This document shows positions 34,785-49,536 of a stretch of DNA of 64,000 nucleotides, one piece after another. The notes beneath the pieces are model-generated. The model ran no database searches. It was not told the origin of the DNA and saw nothing but the letters and a program-made list of their open reading frames with translations. The stretch's first letter is position 1. Each line of letters begins with the position of its first letter. Origin of the DNA: Spizellomyces punctatus DAOM BR117 (lineage: Eukaryota); assembly GCA_000182565.2 (NCBI GenBank), contig KQ257476.1. One strand, given 5' to 3'. Made by a program: the position numbers and the translations under genes.

Positions 34785-37700
34785 TCAGTCATCAAGTTGA
34801 AGCCTGCCAAAGCATTGATCGGATTAGTCGAGATTCAGGTAAACCACAACTTCGCTCAGTTGACATGATACTCACAGTGCGGCTACGCCGCGCATGATCC
34901 AGTGCTTTTCTGGTTTATCAGTGGGCAATCTGATTCCAATAACAAAATTTGTGGAATGCCCAGTAGTGGATAGAACTCCTCGTCTGGCGCTCGTCTTGTA
35001 TACCGGACAATCGTAGGTTGCTTTTACCTGTCTGTCGGACACTCTGCATGGCTTGAACCATATTACGGGGAGCGGATCGTAAAGCACCTTGGGGAAAGAT
35101 TCTGCGATGAATCCCTTCTCTCGGTTCCATCTTGCACCCTCCAGGAATAATCCGCTAACATAAACTCCGTTGTCAGCGGCCGCAGTGATATCGGACGGGT
35201 TGGATGGTAATACGTCAAAATCCAAGCCCAGCTCATCGATAGGTATTGTATACTTTCGTGCATAATTTTGGAGCGTTGCTATGTAGAAGAGGGGACAAGT
35301 ACATTAGTGTGTGAAGGCGTGAAAATGATTCGCTACTAGTATCATCTTACCTGTAATAAAGGACTGGGTAAAGAAGAACCCAGACATCCAAAAGACTTTT
35401 GGACTCCCATGCTCAAACCAATCTCGAAAGAACTTTATTCTCGCCACGAGGTCGTTGATGTACGCTCCAAGTGGTTTCAAACTTGGATAACTTTTCGCCG
35501 CCCACATTGCGGGTATTCTGCCGACCAGAATACTCTTACAGACTTCCTCAAGTTCCGCACTCATCACTACCAAGCCGCGAATCGCTTTCTGAACGTTCAC
35601 CAAGCTGACCAGTACAACTTGGATGAGCCGATTGAACCGTATCATTTCCTGTATCAGGACGGTGTTCATGCTTTCATTGTAAGTGACAGGATATTTCTTT
35701 ACGGCCTCATCGATATTGAAGACGGACGGTATTCGTGACAAGATATCGGTTGCAACTTCTATGAGCACCTCGTCACTGGTTTTCTGTCCACCACCTCCAG
35801 CCACGCTGCGCTCCTGGGTAGCGACAACACTCTCAAATAAACTTCTTGTTTCCGCAAGCTGGCGGGCAATATCACCATTGTCGTGTATGCCAAAAATCTC
35901 GGGGCTCTGGTTAAGCGGCAATGACCGAATATACTCCAGGTAATTTTCGTATGTGCCCTTGACAGGCGCATAGTAGGTTCCAGACGGAGAAAACCGGTAA
36001 TTGTTATCCTCCACTATAGCTGGACAATAAAAGGTCGTCAATATGTTCATCAATGTCCGCCGATCCCAGTCGTCCGTTACACGTCCACCGTAATTGCATT
36101 CCCCGGTAAGGTAGATTAAAGCTTTGAAGGGTATTTCAGAGTATTCGTTCAAGAACATTTGGAGCTGACGCATGCTGATGCCTATAAACCGAACATTCAA
36201 GAGTTAGCGACATAGCAAATCGGGCCTTGATACAACACGATACATACGGAGATCCGAGTCATTAAACTCGTATGGAATGTTCCAACCCAACGGGCCAAAG
36301 TTCCTTCTCTCTTGAACCACACCATGGAATGTGCACAATCCGAAGAGCAGCTTTTCCCACTCATTTGATTTTACGGACCCAGCGAAAAACTTTTCATCAC
36401 TGATGGGGTCGCTCAAGTAACTTTTAAGGAGGTTGGCTTTTAGCCCCTTTGGAGGTTCATTCGTCATTTTTACGCCTCTATAGTGCATGGATTAATGTCC
36501 GATATCGTAGCATGTCGGTTTAGTGGTGCTTACCCTTGCAGAATGCTAGCCGGAAACTTTGGGCTCGGGTAAGAAGTCAACCAAAGTCGGAAATCTTTGT
36601 GAACGGAGACAGCCTCGGTGCTAATATCATCCACAATTTTTTCAAGGGTGGGAAGCCAGCTGACAGCCAGATGGCAGTTCTGGAGAACAACCCAGGTTCC
36701 ACCTCTTTGAGCTTCTTTCACCATTGCTGCGGCGATTGGACCCTGACCTTGACCTAAGGAGATTGATTGACATTTGGTGCCCGCAAAGCCTTTATCTTCT
36801 GCAAACTTCAGAAGCCTGCACCAATATTATCAATGCCTGTTTGTGTCCAAGTACAGTTAAGTAGACAGTTTACTTACTGAGACATTGGATCTACCCCCGG
36901 GGATAGTATAAAAATGAGCGCTGATCGGTGGTTCGAGTCTTCGAAACTTGCTGCCAGATCGAAAGTTGGAGGCTCGATGAACTTGTGGCCAAGTTTGACT
37001 CGAACAAATTCTTGTATGGCTGGTATGATCCTCTCAGGTCTGAGAGCTCTCACAACCAACATCTTCTGGAATTCATTCAAGCTAGCCCATTTGCCTGGCA
37101 ATGCTGCCTCATGCGGCTCGCCATGTTCAATCCATCCTTTCCATTCCTGTGGATCAAACTCTTCTCTGAGTCCGGAGAATGCAGGAAGGTCCGACATACG
37201 ATATATCTCCGCCCACGCCTTCTCTGAGATTAGAGTTGGATCCGGATTCGGAATTGTCGGCGCTCCCACACTAATGCCACCCGTAGTAAGATGTTGAAAT
37301 TCGGGTTCATTCAGCTCCTGTCGGTTTTTCAGAATACTGGTGCATAGAAGAAACGAGAAGAGGAGTTTGTCTTTTTCAAACAGTGAACGGCACACGTTGA
37401 GGTAAAGTGAGTATGTGAAATATGACTCGAGGTTCTTCAGTCGCCGCTTAAGTACACTGGATTTGTTGGATAGTGCAATGCCGTTGATGAACAGATCAAT
37501 GAACCAGGTCAGAGAGTACTGGTACATTGGATCTATGTTTGCCAGATCCGCAATGCAGAAGTAGAGCGTAGATGAGTGATTGGCAATGGGCCGGTATGAG
37601 TTACGTGTTTCATCGATTTTGCGTTCCGTTTCCTCTGCAATCTTTTGCTTTTCGAAGAGTTCCGTGGATATCTCCTTGGACGAGGATAATACCTCAATTG

Positions 37701-40700
37701 CCGTCTCATTCTCTAAAATATTGCCCTCTGCTGAGGAAAGGATCTCCAAAATTCTGTCTTCAATTTCTTTTAGCCGCTTCTTGTTTTCCGCGCCCTGTAA
37801 TATCAGCTGCGTCTTTTCCTCCTCAAGCTCTGGACGCTCTTTGGTCACGACGATTCCAAGAAGTTGATCTTCTAAACCCTCAGGCGTAATCATGAAATTG
37901 AGCAGCGATACCTTAACCGCAACTTCGGGAAGATAGTGTGGATTCCTGAGCTTCGTGGTGATGTAGAGGCGGAAGTTGTCAGACCATTCTATAACTGCAT
38001 CTCCCAAGCGTATACACGTACTACCCCCAGATTTGAAGGTCTGCTTTTGGAGCACACTATCAAGAACCGGGTCTAGCTCCTCCTTCACGTTCTCTAGAAG
38101 CACTGGTGCGCCGAACTGAATCGCGTTCTCCAAGTTTCGAACGTAATCGGGATCAGTGAGCTTAATGATTTGTAAATTGTTTTCCTTTTCCATATTCTTA
38201 ACCCACTTGTTCGCCTGGCCTTGCGGGTCGATCATCAAAGGCCATCTTCTGGCATTTTTCACAATTATACCATTGTCTACGGAGAAAGCGTCGGACGGCA
38301 ACCCAGCGATGTTCCAGGCTCTAATTTGAATGGGATCCCCTAATACCTTCGCTAGGGAAAATGCATCCGAGCAGGGGATCATGGCCTTATTCATCATAGC
38401 CAGCCACCCGTTGATGCATTCGTGCCTGTATAGCTTAGTGAAGGCACCGAGGTAAGCGATAACTCCTGCCGATATCAGGACGTCACCGGTCAAGTTAAAC
38501 AGGGTTTGATCCAAGATTTTCACCACATCGGTCCATCGTTGCTTCTCGCCACCGAGGCCCCCGAGCAGCTTTTGAGCGCGGTCCAGCTGCTCCTCACAGC
38601 TTTTCACTTCTTTCTCCAATCGCTCCTTTTTGTCAGATAGTGCCTGAAGGTTGTCATTTAATGCTTGTAGACGGTCAAGCACTGCTTTTAGCTGGGCGCG
38701 TTTTTCAGCAAGGCCAGCCATGGTCTCTGCCAGTTCAGCTTCAGCGTGCGCTAGGGCGATTTGTTTCGGAGCAACCTCCTTCGCAACACGGTCATACGCT
38801 TCCATTGCTATAATCCAGTTACACAATCCTTCTGCCGCAGACGACGCATTTCGTACTTTCTCTGGCTTAAACTCTGGATTTGGAATATACTTGATTCGGA
38901 TTGCTTTGATCACATGTGCTGGAATATCATCCTTATCAAACGACTTCAAGCTGTCTAGGAACTTGGGGTCACCGAGCACCTTTAGTGAGGTTTTCCAGTA
39001 GTCAAATACCATCTTTCCAGAGCCCGAGGGATCTGGAATCCTGTCGGGCTTGACATCCTTCATAACACAAACGGCTTCCATCACCAGCTTCACACCTTCA
39101 GGTGGATTCTTCATGGATTTCACCAAATCAATGTCGGACTTCTTCAGGGTATCCAAAGCTGCGAGTGCCGAGTTCAACAACGGCAACGCCTGCGCCAAAT
39201 CATTTTCACATTCCTGTTTGATGGCAGACGCCTGCTCTGCCTTTTGCGCGGCGACGGCTTCGTCGGCCGAAACAGTTTCCTTTGTTGCCTCCACCTCAAC
39301 AGATTCCTTCTCAATTTTCTTCAACATTTCTACTGTTTCTTCGGAAGTCTTTTTCAGCTGAGGTTGGAGACTGGTCAAGTCCTCCTGCATACGTCCAATT
39401 TGTTCTGCAGCAAATCGTAGCTTGTCGAGACCACCGACATATCGTCTTTTGACTGCCGCCACTTCCTCGCGCTTTGCTGTAAGTAAATCTTTATATGCAT
39501 GCAATAATTCCAGATAGCTGGTTGGAGTCACATAATTGTGTCTTGACGAAGCTGATAGGTATCTTTCCGACAACGCAATTGCGCTTTGGTGGAAATGTTT
39601 GCACATTTGCACCACGGCATCTCGCACCGTGTCCCCAAGCTCGACTTCGCTCAGGAACTGCCATGCAACGGCTTGCAAGGCGTCGTCCGGCCAGGCTTGG
39701 AACCAATCAATAGTGCAGCAGTTGACAAGGGAAGAAAACTGCCTGAGCCTTGCACGGAATGCATCACCAATAGGACTCATACAAAGAACAATGTGAAGAT
39801 TGTTGCGCACGCGTTCGATAAAGTAACTGTACAAGGCGGCGGGACTGCCATCTCCCGCTTTACCTTGCTCTTGCGCGTCCGACACTATCCGATCAATGAT
39901 ATTCTGCCGCTCGTCCGCCGCAAACAGGTTTGGTACATCTCCTGAATTCAGTAAGTTACTAACGTCCTCTATAAATGATTCTTCCTTGATTTGAGTATCG
40001 GGGAAGAGGAACACCGTTTTCTTATTATCGGCTCCAGCCAAAATGAGAATTTTCTTCAAATCCTCCTTCCATTCCAAACGGGAGTAGGATTTCGATATTT
40101 CAATTTGATAGAGTTCATACTGGCAAATAAAGGCCGCTAAACGAGTCAAACTTTGTCGTCCACTGCCACCAACTCCGACCAATAATGCATTTCCTCCAGG
40201 CAATCGGAGTATGCGACAGATTCGGGACACGTGCTCGATGGCGAAACGGAATAATACCAAGTTTAGCTTTGCCTTCTTGACCTGGTTATATTCACCTAGC
40301 TGAGTCTGTACCACTTCTTTCATCTTATCAAAGTCAGTCAGCTCCGTGTAGTCTGGTTCTACATTTGGAGTGCGCTTGCTAAGGATGTCTCCAAACATGA
40401 GACTTCGTAGGTCATCCTCCATCAACATTTTCTTATCATCCAACTCGGTGGATCCGCTGGCTAGATGAGCGAAAATCTCATCTGGTTCTCTGTCAAACTT
40501 TTCTTTGATGACATCGAGAACATGACTGAACAGGTTGTATCTATCGTCCTCTGTCACCAGCCGATCGTAAAATACTCGGTACACCTCATGCGTCCACAAC
40601 CGTATAACCATATCGCTGGTCTTAAAAACGTTGGGACGCGAGAGAACAACACCTTGAATAACTCTTGCAAAATCACGAAGGTTGAAGGTGTAGTGCGTCT

Positions 40701-43700
40701 TGGCAGGTGTGGGTAGCAAATTGCCTACCGTCCACTGGAATACACTCGTCGTTGCTTCCACCAGATTGATAGCGACTGCTCTGATGTCTTCAGTAAAGTC
40801 AAGTCGCCCAAAGTGCCAATCTAGTATAGAAGTGAAAATTCGAGACATTGTCTGATCATCAAAGGAGTTGATGACAATCTGGTTGAAGTGTCGCTGAAAT
40901 CGTGGCGTAACGACATTGCGCCCTCCGCCCGGTGGACCCATTGCGGTTACCAGTTGGATGTCAATGAGTTCTAACCTGGAAGTATCCTTTTTGTCATACC
41001 AGTTCCCATGGTCCAGCCACTGTCGAAAGAGCTCAATGGGCGGCTGAGCTCCGTACTGCTCCTTGGCAGGCATATTCAAATCATCGATAAAAATGAGATA
41101 CTTCTTTCCCACAGGTGCACCAAATACACCCTTTCGGCGCTTGTCCAATTTCGACATGACAATATCTTGCGTTTGTGCTGCGCTCGTCCGCGCCGAAAAG
41201 CTGATAAACATGGGAATAAATTTGTCCTTTGGAACGCCATCCAGCAATTTGTTACTTATGTACTTGGATTTTCCCGTGCCCGTCGGGCCGACGAGTAAGA
41301 ATCCCACGTCGTGCATGATCATCAGGTCCATCAAATAGTTGTACCTTGCTGTGTCTTTAGTCGGGATTATGATGTCGTTGAAGTCGGCATTGGCTGGAAT
41401 TGGTACACTTTCGATCGTGCTCAGCCAAGGAACCCACTCATCGGTCTCTTGTGTTCGGTAAAGATAGTCATACAGTGTTCCTGCGTCCGGAAGCGGGAGT
41501 TTCATGGGTTCAGGTAACTGCCCAACAATTTTCTTGACACATGCATCAAACTTGACTTGACTCTGTGCGTCAATACTGCCTCCAATCGTCCAAATGAGCG
41601 CAAAAAGAAATCTGCATTCTAACCGTTGCTCTAACATCGGATTTGAAGCATTTGTCGCTTGATCTGTGTCTCGCATATCATCCAACGTGCAATCAAGTAG
41701 TCTGATCAAGGAATTCACAAGTCCAATGTCCGTGGTAGGAGAGACTTCTTTACATTCTCGGCGCAAACACTGCAATGTGGCCGGAACGAAGGATTCGAAG
41801 AGCTGCTGAAGATGCTTTACGTGATTTTCAGCGAGGTAATCAAGTCCTTGTAGCCATGAAACCATCATTGGCTTCCATCCTAAACGCTCGGGTTCGAGGT
41901 ACACCATACCACATCGACTAACAGTTGCCGGCTACCATGACAGAACGCATCAGCATGACAATGAAAAGCTGGAGGAGTGAAAGGGAATATCAACTTACAG
42001 AAGCTACGGCAAGGTCCATCACTTCAAAGACTAAGCTCATGGTGTTCGACAATTGGATGATCTCTCCGCTCATTAAGCAAAGCTTCTTATTGTCGTCCAA
42101 AACGGTATTCATATTTTCCACCCAGACTGCATCCACCGGTCCATCAAATATGACCCACTTCCGATCTGGAATCGTACTGTTTGCAAAGCTCCGAAAAGTT
42201 GTCGCAAGAACACCATCAGTCCACTCATGAGAAACAGGATCAAATTGACCGTAGAGTTGACCCATTGCAATAGCCTTGGGATTGATTACTCTGTACTGGA
42301 CTTTCAGCCACTCGGCATCTGGAGTATCATTTCCTTCCTGATTTCCCAGATCCGTCAACGCTTCTGCCAAGACACGGTACGCTGAGGTCTTTCCGCCATA
42401 AGGCTCCCCGACAAGCATAAATCCGTGGCGGACGAGCATCATCTCATAAAGCTGTATAATTTTCTCCAGGAAGGCAGGAACGAGTTGCAGTCGCATCCTG
42501 TGGCATACTTTCTCGATTGCGGATCCCAGAACCGCATAGTCGGGTTTCGGCAGGCGAACCCCGGGGAAAAGGTCCGATGCGATGCCTTTGAATAAAGCGA
42601 TATCTTGGGATAAAAATTTCGGCAAGTTGACATCAATAATGGATCTCAGCACGAGTATATTCTCGTCCTCTTCCGGGTACTTCAATTTTAGGTTTCCAGC
42701 GGCGGTAAGTACACTCTTCACCGCACGCATACCGTAATCGTAATGATCTTGGCTAGATAGTTGCTCAGAGCACAAACGGTATGTGGCAGCGATCTTGCGA
42801 GCCAAGTTACGGGCTTCAATGAATCCACAGGAGTAAAGAGTGATTTCCGCAATAAGAGTATAATCCGGTACCATCATTGCTACGGTTCTAAACAGCGCTT
42901 TCAAATTATCCGGTAGTTCCGATCGCCCGGCATAACCGGGATTCATTGTAATAAAGACTGCGCAGGTCGGATTCAAGGTCAAACGGGTGCCCTCAAACAT
43001 AAATTCGGTGACCTTCGCCCCAATAGCACGCTGAATGGTTAAAATTTGTTGAGCAACGACAGATAGAACTTCCAAATCGATTCGATTAAACTCGTCAAAG
43101 CATGCCCAAGCACCGGCACATGCAAGGCCTTTGAAGAATTTTCCCATCGCGAGATAGTCGAGGCCATCAGAACAGTTGAAAACGACGCACTGCTTTGCCA
43201 GCGCCTTTGCCAAGTCCTTTGTCGTCTCCGTCTTTCCAGTTCCGGCAGGACCCTCGGGTGCACCACCAAGGTTAAGATGTAGTGCACCAAACAATGTCCG
43301 ATAACAGCGATCCGTCAAGGGAGTAATCACCAAACGTGGTGAATTGCCAAGATATTCATAGCCATACTCTTTTTGCGCATTGATCATCCTCACGAAAACA
43401 TTATCTTCTTCCCAATAGTATCTCAATTGAGCTAGCCACGAAAAGTCGTTGATGTCTTTGAGGCTTTCCTGAGCAAGTTGTGCAGTCACATCACGGGCGT
43501 GGACATCAATAACGACCAGTGCACCCAGCGTTGCTCGAGCCATTTTGCTCAACGATCCACGAACAAGTCTGATGACTTCGTTGAGATCTTTGTTTAATTG
43601 TTGAAGGTATTCCTCCAAGCCGCGCTTTCCCTGTTGAATAGCATTCTCGACGCCAAGGGTCCAGTATATTTGACTGACACAGAGAACGACCTGACCCGGC

Positions 43701-46700
43701 CAGTCGAGGACCCACTTTTCACGAGCATGACGCTGATAGTCGTAGTACGCTTCTTCAACTTGGTACCGCACGCTTTGCAACATTGCTTTCTCGACCTAGT
43801 CGCTCAAAGTCAGCGTCAGTGCGCCAGCGGTTCGCGACCCTTATTGATCCCTTACCTGAGACAGCCATTTTTCGACACTCCCTTTGGCATCGACAGTGGA
43901 TACTTTCTCCACCAGCTCCAATCTCTCCTTTTCACTTGAACATAACGCTTTAATGTTCAACTTATCATCGAACTCCAAGTTCGCCACACCCTCGAAACAC
44001 TTTTTCAAATGAGGCTGGACTCGGGTAGGGTCTTTCGTTTCACTCAGTATCTCGAGCATCTCATCATTGGAGAGGAAGAAGAACCGGGGGAAGAACAGAC
44101 GTTTCACTTCTAGATAGGAATTTAGACCTTTTAGAATGGCTTCGAGCATGAGACTGTTTCTTTGGAGATCTTCCAGAATTTGCGGTATTTCCGTGGCTTT
44201 CAGGATATGCCGGTCTTCATTGACAGCCTGAACAAATCTTTAGAATTGGCAGTCATACATGCTTTCAAAGACATACATTCAACGTACGTTCATCATCTTC
44301 CTCCAGCTTTGGTCCACCATCTTGAACTTTCTCCCCTCTTCCGGCATCTGATTCATGATATCTTCGCTGCTGAAAATGGGTTCAAGATACAACCACGTAG
44401 CTTGCACTTTCAACCATTCATCAATGATCTCTTGTGTGTTGAGCAGTCGTCTTTCCCAGTCTTTAATCTGCTGCTCAAACGGTTTAATATAAGGCGATCC
44501 GCGCATGGATTGCGTCTTAACGATTTGATCATCCAGCAGTTGTTGTGCGTCATCAACAGCCGATAGAATGAAGGTGCCGCTTTCTCGGTAAGGTAGGAGG
44601 TTGAATACCAAAGGCTCCCATTCGGTGAACATTTTCGTCATATTCTTTTCGAGTGTGTATTCCTTTGAAGCGGCATCTGCAAGCAACCTTTATTAGAATT
44701 GCAAGAAGCTTATCATTGCCACGATTTGCATGTTACCGCTAACTTCCTGGAACGGCTCAAGGAATGGCTCTAAATTCAATTTCAACATTTTTCTCAAGCT
44801 CGTTGTTGCGTCCGGCTTGATATCAAACCCCGCAATCTGTGTCATCTTATTCCAATGTCGGTCTCTCATACCAGGGTTACAAAGCACATGAATCAGAGGT
44901 AAATTGATCATGAACTCATCAATTTTTTCTCGGACTTGCTTTGCAATGTTCTGCGGTGCGGCGTCTTGAACCAAACCACCGAGCAACCGGTAGATTTCGC
45001 GTTTGAGTCCATCGACTTCGACTTCAATCTGTTCCGCGTCCAACTCCAAGAGGTTTCCGTCCATCCATTTTTTGTAAGATCTTTGGAAATTGACGGCCGT
45101 ACTGTAAAGCGCTTGATATGGTTCGAGCATTCCCATGATTTGTTTCCTCTGGGGATAGACCGTTACATTCCAGCCGAATAATTGCTCCTCCTTGTTAAAT
45201 GCGGCAATGGTATCCGCCGCAGACTGGAGTTGCTTTGCAAGCGTTTGCACCTTTTTCACATAGAAGGGCATTTCATCCAAATCGCCGACTTCCTTCAGCT
45301 CTTCCACTTGCTTCTGGAAGTCATCTAATTCGGACTCAAACTTGGTTCGCCGCTCCCGCAAGTTTGCCTCGTTCTTTTCCCTCGCTGCCCCGATGATCTG
45401 GTTATGGTTCTCCATGATTGGCACGATCCGTTGGGGCCAGGTGAAAGTGACATTGTTCAGCGAAATATGTTCCTCTGTAAGAGCCGAAAAGTTCACGATA
45501 TAAACCAATCGACGGCGAGCTTCTTCCAGCTCAGCCAAGAGTGCAGGAAGCTCAACATTCCGAACTGTCTCCATATATTCCATTTGGTCCGCCATTTCCT
45601 TAAAGTTTTCGGGGATTCGGAGGGCGCGCTCTGCAATGACCTCGTATCGGGCACAGATTCTGATATGATATTCAATAAGACGAAAAAAATATTGACAAAA
45701 CAAAGAAGATACGCTACCTGCGCTGGTGTTCGGCATTCTGTTCCACAATTTTCGTCAGAAATTTGTTGGATAGGGTAATTGCTTGAGCTGCCAGAGATTT
45801 ATGCAACTCATCACAATTCAGCTCGACCATGGGCAATTCCACTTTTCGCGGATTGGCAAGTATGGAGGAAGCAAGAGCACGATATTTATCAATTTCCTAA
45901 GAGCAAAATCATTCAGCTCCTCTACAAATTATGCACTGATTATGAACTTACCACTGTGTATTCCTCAAAGGTATGTTCCTCCGTGAAGAAATTCTCCACT
46001 GCTTCGTCCACTTTATGCGTATATATATCCGCATAGATATAGTACTTCTTCACAAAGTTTTTGATCACTTCGAAGCACTCTGCAGCGTATTTTTCCAGTT
46101 CTTTTTCAGCACGATCGACAGCGCCATCTTCTAATGTTATCCGCATCTCATCACTCCCATCTACTGCAAGCATTCTAAGGACCTCAGACCCGGAGGTGGC
46201 AGGATTGGCCAAAATGAGGTCACCACTGGGTCCAAAAATTACGTTTGCAATTTTTGGCATTGACTCCACAGTTTTGACAACGTAGCCCAAGCCTTCAATA
46301 AGGGCTTCAGTTATTTCGGAGAGAGGAGGATCAAACTCAATGGCGTTCTCGGAGTTGAGCCATAGGCGAACCATAAAACGGGGAGCACAAGGGCGCAAGG
46401 GATGGGAAATGGAATCAGCGGCACTATCTTGGTGAATTGGGTAAGTGAAGAGAGAGCGAAAGTCCTGCAGTGATTGGGCAATGATAGAATGCACTTGTTT
46501 GTACACCATAGTTTCGGCTGATCGGAAAAAGGAGTCTGGAGGGCGTGCAGGAGGCGGCTTTCTCCGATCGTTCTTATGAAAAAGGTCTGTAAACTCCCGC
46601 AAGATCGTCATATACCACCTACAACCAAGGTTAGCAAATTGGAGCCGTGCTTAGATATGTCGCCATGCGGCATACCCATTCAATAGTCTCTCTCGACACT

Positions 46701-48261
46701 TCTCGGCATCAACCAATACTAAGCTCCTGAATCCCGAAATTCTAAACGCCTCCCTCTGCCCTCGTATCTCATCCAAATCCACGAATCGAAGTTTATCAAA
46801 CTGGAGCCACAGAGCTAGCATCCGCACCATAAGGAAGTGGGTGATGTGCAGATTCTTCTCAAGTTTTGCACGGTTTTCGAGAAAAGAATGGCGCCATGGG
46901 GATGGAAAGGGGCACTTGTCTTGAGGGAATGGGAGGATGTCCGCTGAGGTGCTGGACGCTTGTTTAGCACATGGATTGCAAGATAAGTTGGTGACATATT
47001 GCCGCTACCTTTCACGTTCCTTTGAACCTGATCCCCTTCTGAGGATGTAATCGACTATCAAGGAGAAGGATCGTGAGTCCATACTTTGCATTAAACCAAA
47101 TATCTGATGATTGCACCGGCGTACCCGCGGACTGCTTTCCACTCTCGCTGTACTCCTTTCTAGCTTCCTCCAATAAATCCGCTGTCAAGTCAGGGTAAAC
47201 GTCCACTAAAGCTCCAGGAATACTCTGCAATATGTTGATCACCCAGTCCCGGCTCAAATCGCTGTCGGTGTGTGACCGAATGGTTTGGTCAAAGTACTCA
47301 TAGAACGCCTTGAAAATTGTCAATCTGAAGGGCCTCCGTTAATGGAAGCGACACAATTCATACCTCAACCATATCCTTATCATCTGAGACGTTCGTGGAT
47401 GTCACTTCGTTGAGTATCTTTTGAACTCGGTTATCTGGCTGAAACTCGCTCGACATATTCAGGATTAAAATGCCAGCCGCATCTGCAGTTTTAAAATTAT
47501 ATTAGTTCAAATATTAAAGAGCACAGAGCATGGAGGTGAACTGGCGCAGCATGCCTTCTTGTGGTTGTTGCACTTTTACATTCTGCTGATCCCTGGTGAG
47601 CATGGTGCAATTAGCTAGTGAACGTCAGGAAGCAATCCGCATTTCATGCATGTGCACGAGGTTGTCCACCCACACAAGAAAGTCAACCAGTCTCGCTCTA
47701 AATGTCTTGCCGCTCCCGGCGTCAGCATTGTGTCCTTCGGCTTTCACACTGGTTTCCATCAAGTCATCCAACACTCCTGACACCGGGTCGCGCTTTTCTA
47801 CCCTGGACTCATGAAATCCGCCGGCATCGACCACACCCCGAACACCACTGTATCCCATTCGTGCCCTCTCCAGTCTCATGACTGGATCTTCTATGACCAT
47901 GTGGTGGTGGGTCTGTTGGCCCGGTGGCCGCCGTGGTGGTGGTGGTCGTACTTTAATCTTTGTAGCAAGGGTAGGAGGTAAGGATTGTGAACTGGCATTT
48001 TCGCGGGAGGAGCGGGAGGCATTGATAAGATCTGTGGTCCAAGAGGTTTAGGTCGACGATCAATGTGAAGATAGCCACGCTCTCGGAGTTGATAATACCT
48101 TTTAGTGTTATAGTTTTCTTGCGAAGGTTGGCAACTTGCTTCTTGCGTTCCCCTTCGTCACCAGGCGGATACCAGTCCTCCATCGCATCTTCCTCTTCAT
48201 GCTGTGACAAGTTGGGCAGAAAGCAGACTGGTGCTTCGTCGAGTGGTGCAGTTGTTGTCAT
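34785..48261 (-). CDS. Axonemal (inner-arm, DNAH3/7/12-like) dynein heavy chain, multi-exon
   Basis: P1 [19 protein letters not shown]2 GEPYGGKT, P3 GPTGTGKS and P4 [14 protein letters not shown]; stalk and [16 protein letters not shown]-terminus [38 protein letters not shown]. The 5' exon structure is approximate. Confidence 0.97.
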
Positions 48262-48621
48262 GTCTGCCCCACCGCCCTGTCAGACTTGAATGCAACAGGA
48301 AATTGATTTAAGGTGCACCAAAATATGATGTGAGATGGAGGTCTTAACCTCATCGACTCGCCGACCGCCCTGCAAACCAGATCCTGGGAGAAGTAAGTCC
48401 GTAACTTTATGTCAGCAATGCGAATGTGAGTGGAATGCATTATGCATTTGATTCACTTTTCAACCACGTCACCGCCACTTAGCTACGTGACCCCATTACC
48501 CAATCTTTACCAACCAGTCTTGGCAGATGCCCCACCGGATTTTCTTGCATAAAAGGAGCTGCAGTTGCTTTTCGTCCTTACTCAACTTGCGAATTAAAAC
48601 CTCTTTTATTCAGCATTTGCT

Positions 48622-49435
48622 ATGGCCGAATCACTACCCGCCCTTCCACCCCGTGCAGATGTTGTCCCTTCCCCGGCGGCGTCTGCGCTAGCGAAGCTGC
48701 AAACCGTAAAGGAAGCAGTCCATATTCCCACGGTCCGCGAGGTACTCGCTTTTAACCCCGCAAAATCCCTCTACCGAACCGTAGTACCGTTTATCCTCAA
48801 TAAGGAATCCCAGCTTGGAGAGGACACTCCAGCTGCTCGAGCCCGAAGTCTCGAACGAATTCAATTGGTATCAACATGGTTAGATGCCAAATATAAGATA
48901 CCGTTCACAAAATACAAGATTGGGCTGGATCCTCTTGTCAGCGCTGTTCCCTATGTTGGCGATGTTGTCAGTACAGCGATGAGTTGTTATATTGTGTATT
49001 TGACGAGACGATTTCATGTACCATGGCATATCACGGCCAAAATGGTGTGGAACGTTATGTTGAATGCAACATTTGGGTAAGTTCACAACTTCCATTATTT
49101 CTTTAAAAACTCTCTTGTCTGATACCATGCTCTCCTGTCATAGTGCAATTCCGGTCCTAGGCTCCGCTTTTGATATCGCTTATAAGCCCAACATGCGAAA
49201 CCTTATTCTCTTGGAAGAATTTCTGCGCAAAGAAGCTATCAAAGCTGGTCAAGATCCTAAAGTCATCGATGAGGCTCTACGGCGATCTCGCGCAGAAATA
49301 ATATCGTTTCATGAAGGAGAAAGTGGGGAGACGAGGCCATTGCTCGCGGACGGGGCTGAACAGTCAAAACAACTATATCCGAACGCGGGAACTTCGGAGG
49401 ATGTCCCAGCTCCTCCCCTACCGTCAAGGGGTTAG
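48622..49435 (+). CDS. DUF4112 family membrane protein (2 exons)
   Basis: WLDAKYKIPFTKYKIGLDPLVSAVPYVGDVV...KMVWNVMLNATFG|AIPVLGSAFDIAYKPNMRNLILLEEFL. Intron at ~49077-49143. Confidence 0.9.
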
Positions 49436-49536
49436 GTGAAAGGCACATGCCAATTCGATGGCTGACGCATGTGGTATTCTGTATTTGGTTATCACCGTGT
49501 ATATGTGTTTCATAAATGTAGTGTAAATTGTCACCT

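Noticed and set aside
34872-48261. Many separate ORFs or opposite-strand ORFs over the dynein region
   Set aside because: They are exons of one gene or antisense shadow ORFs.
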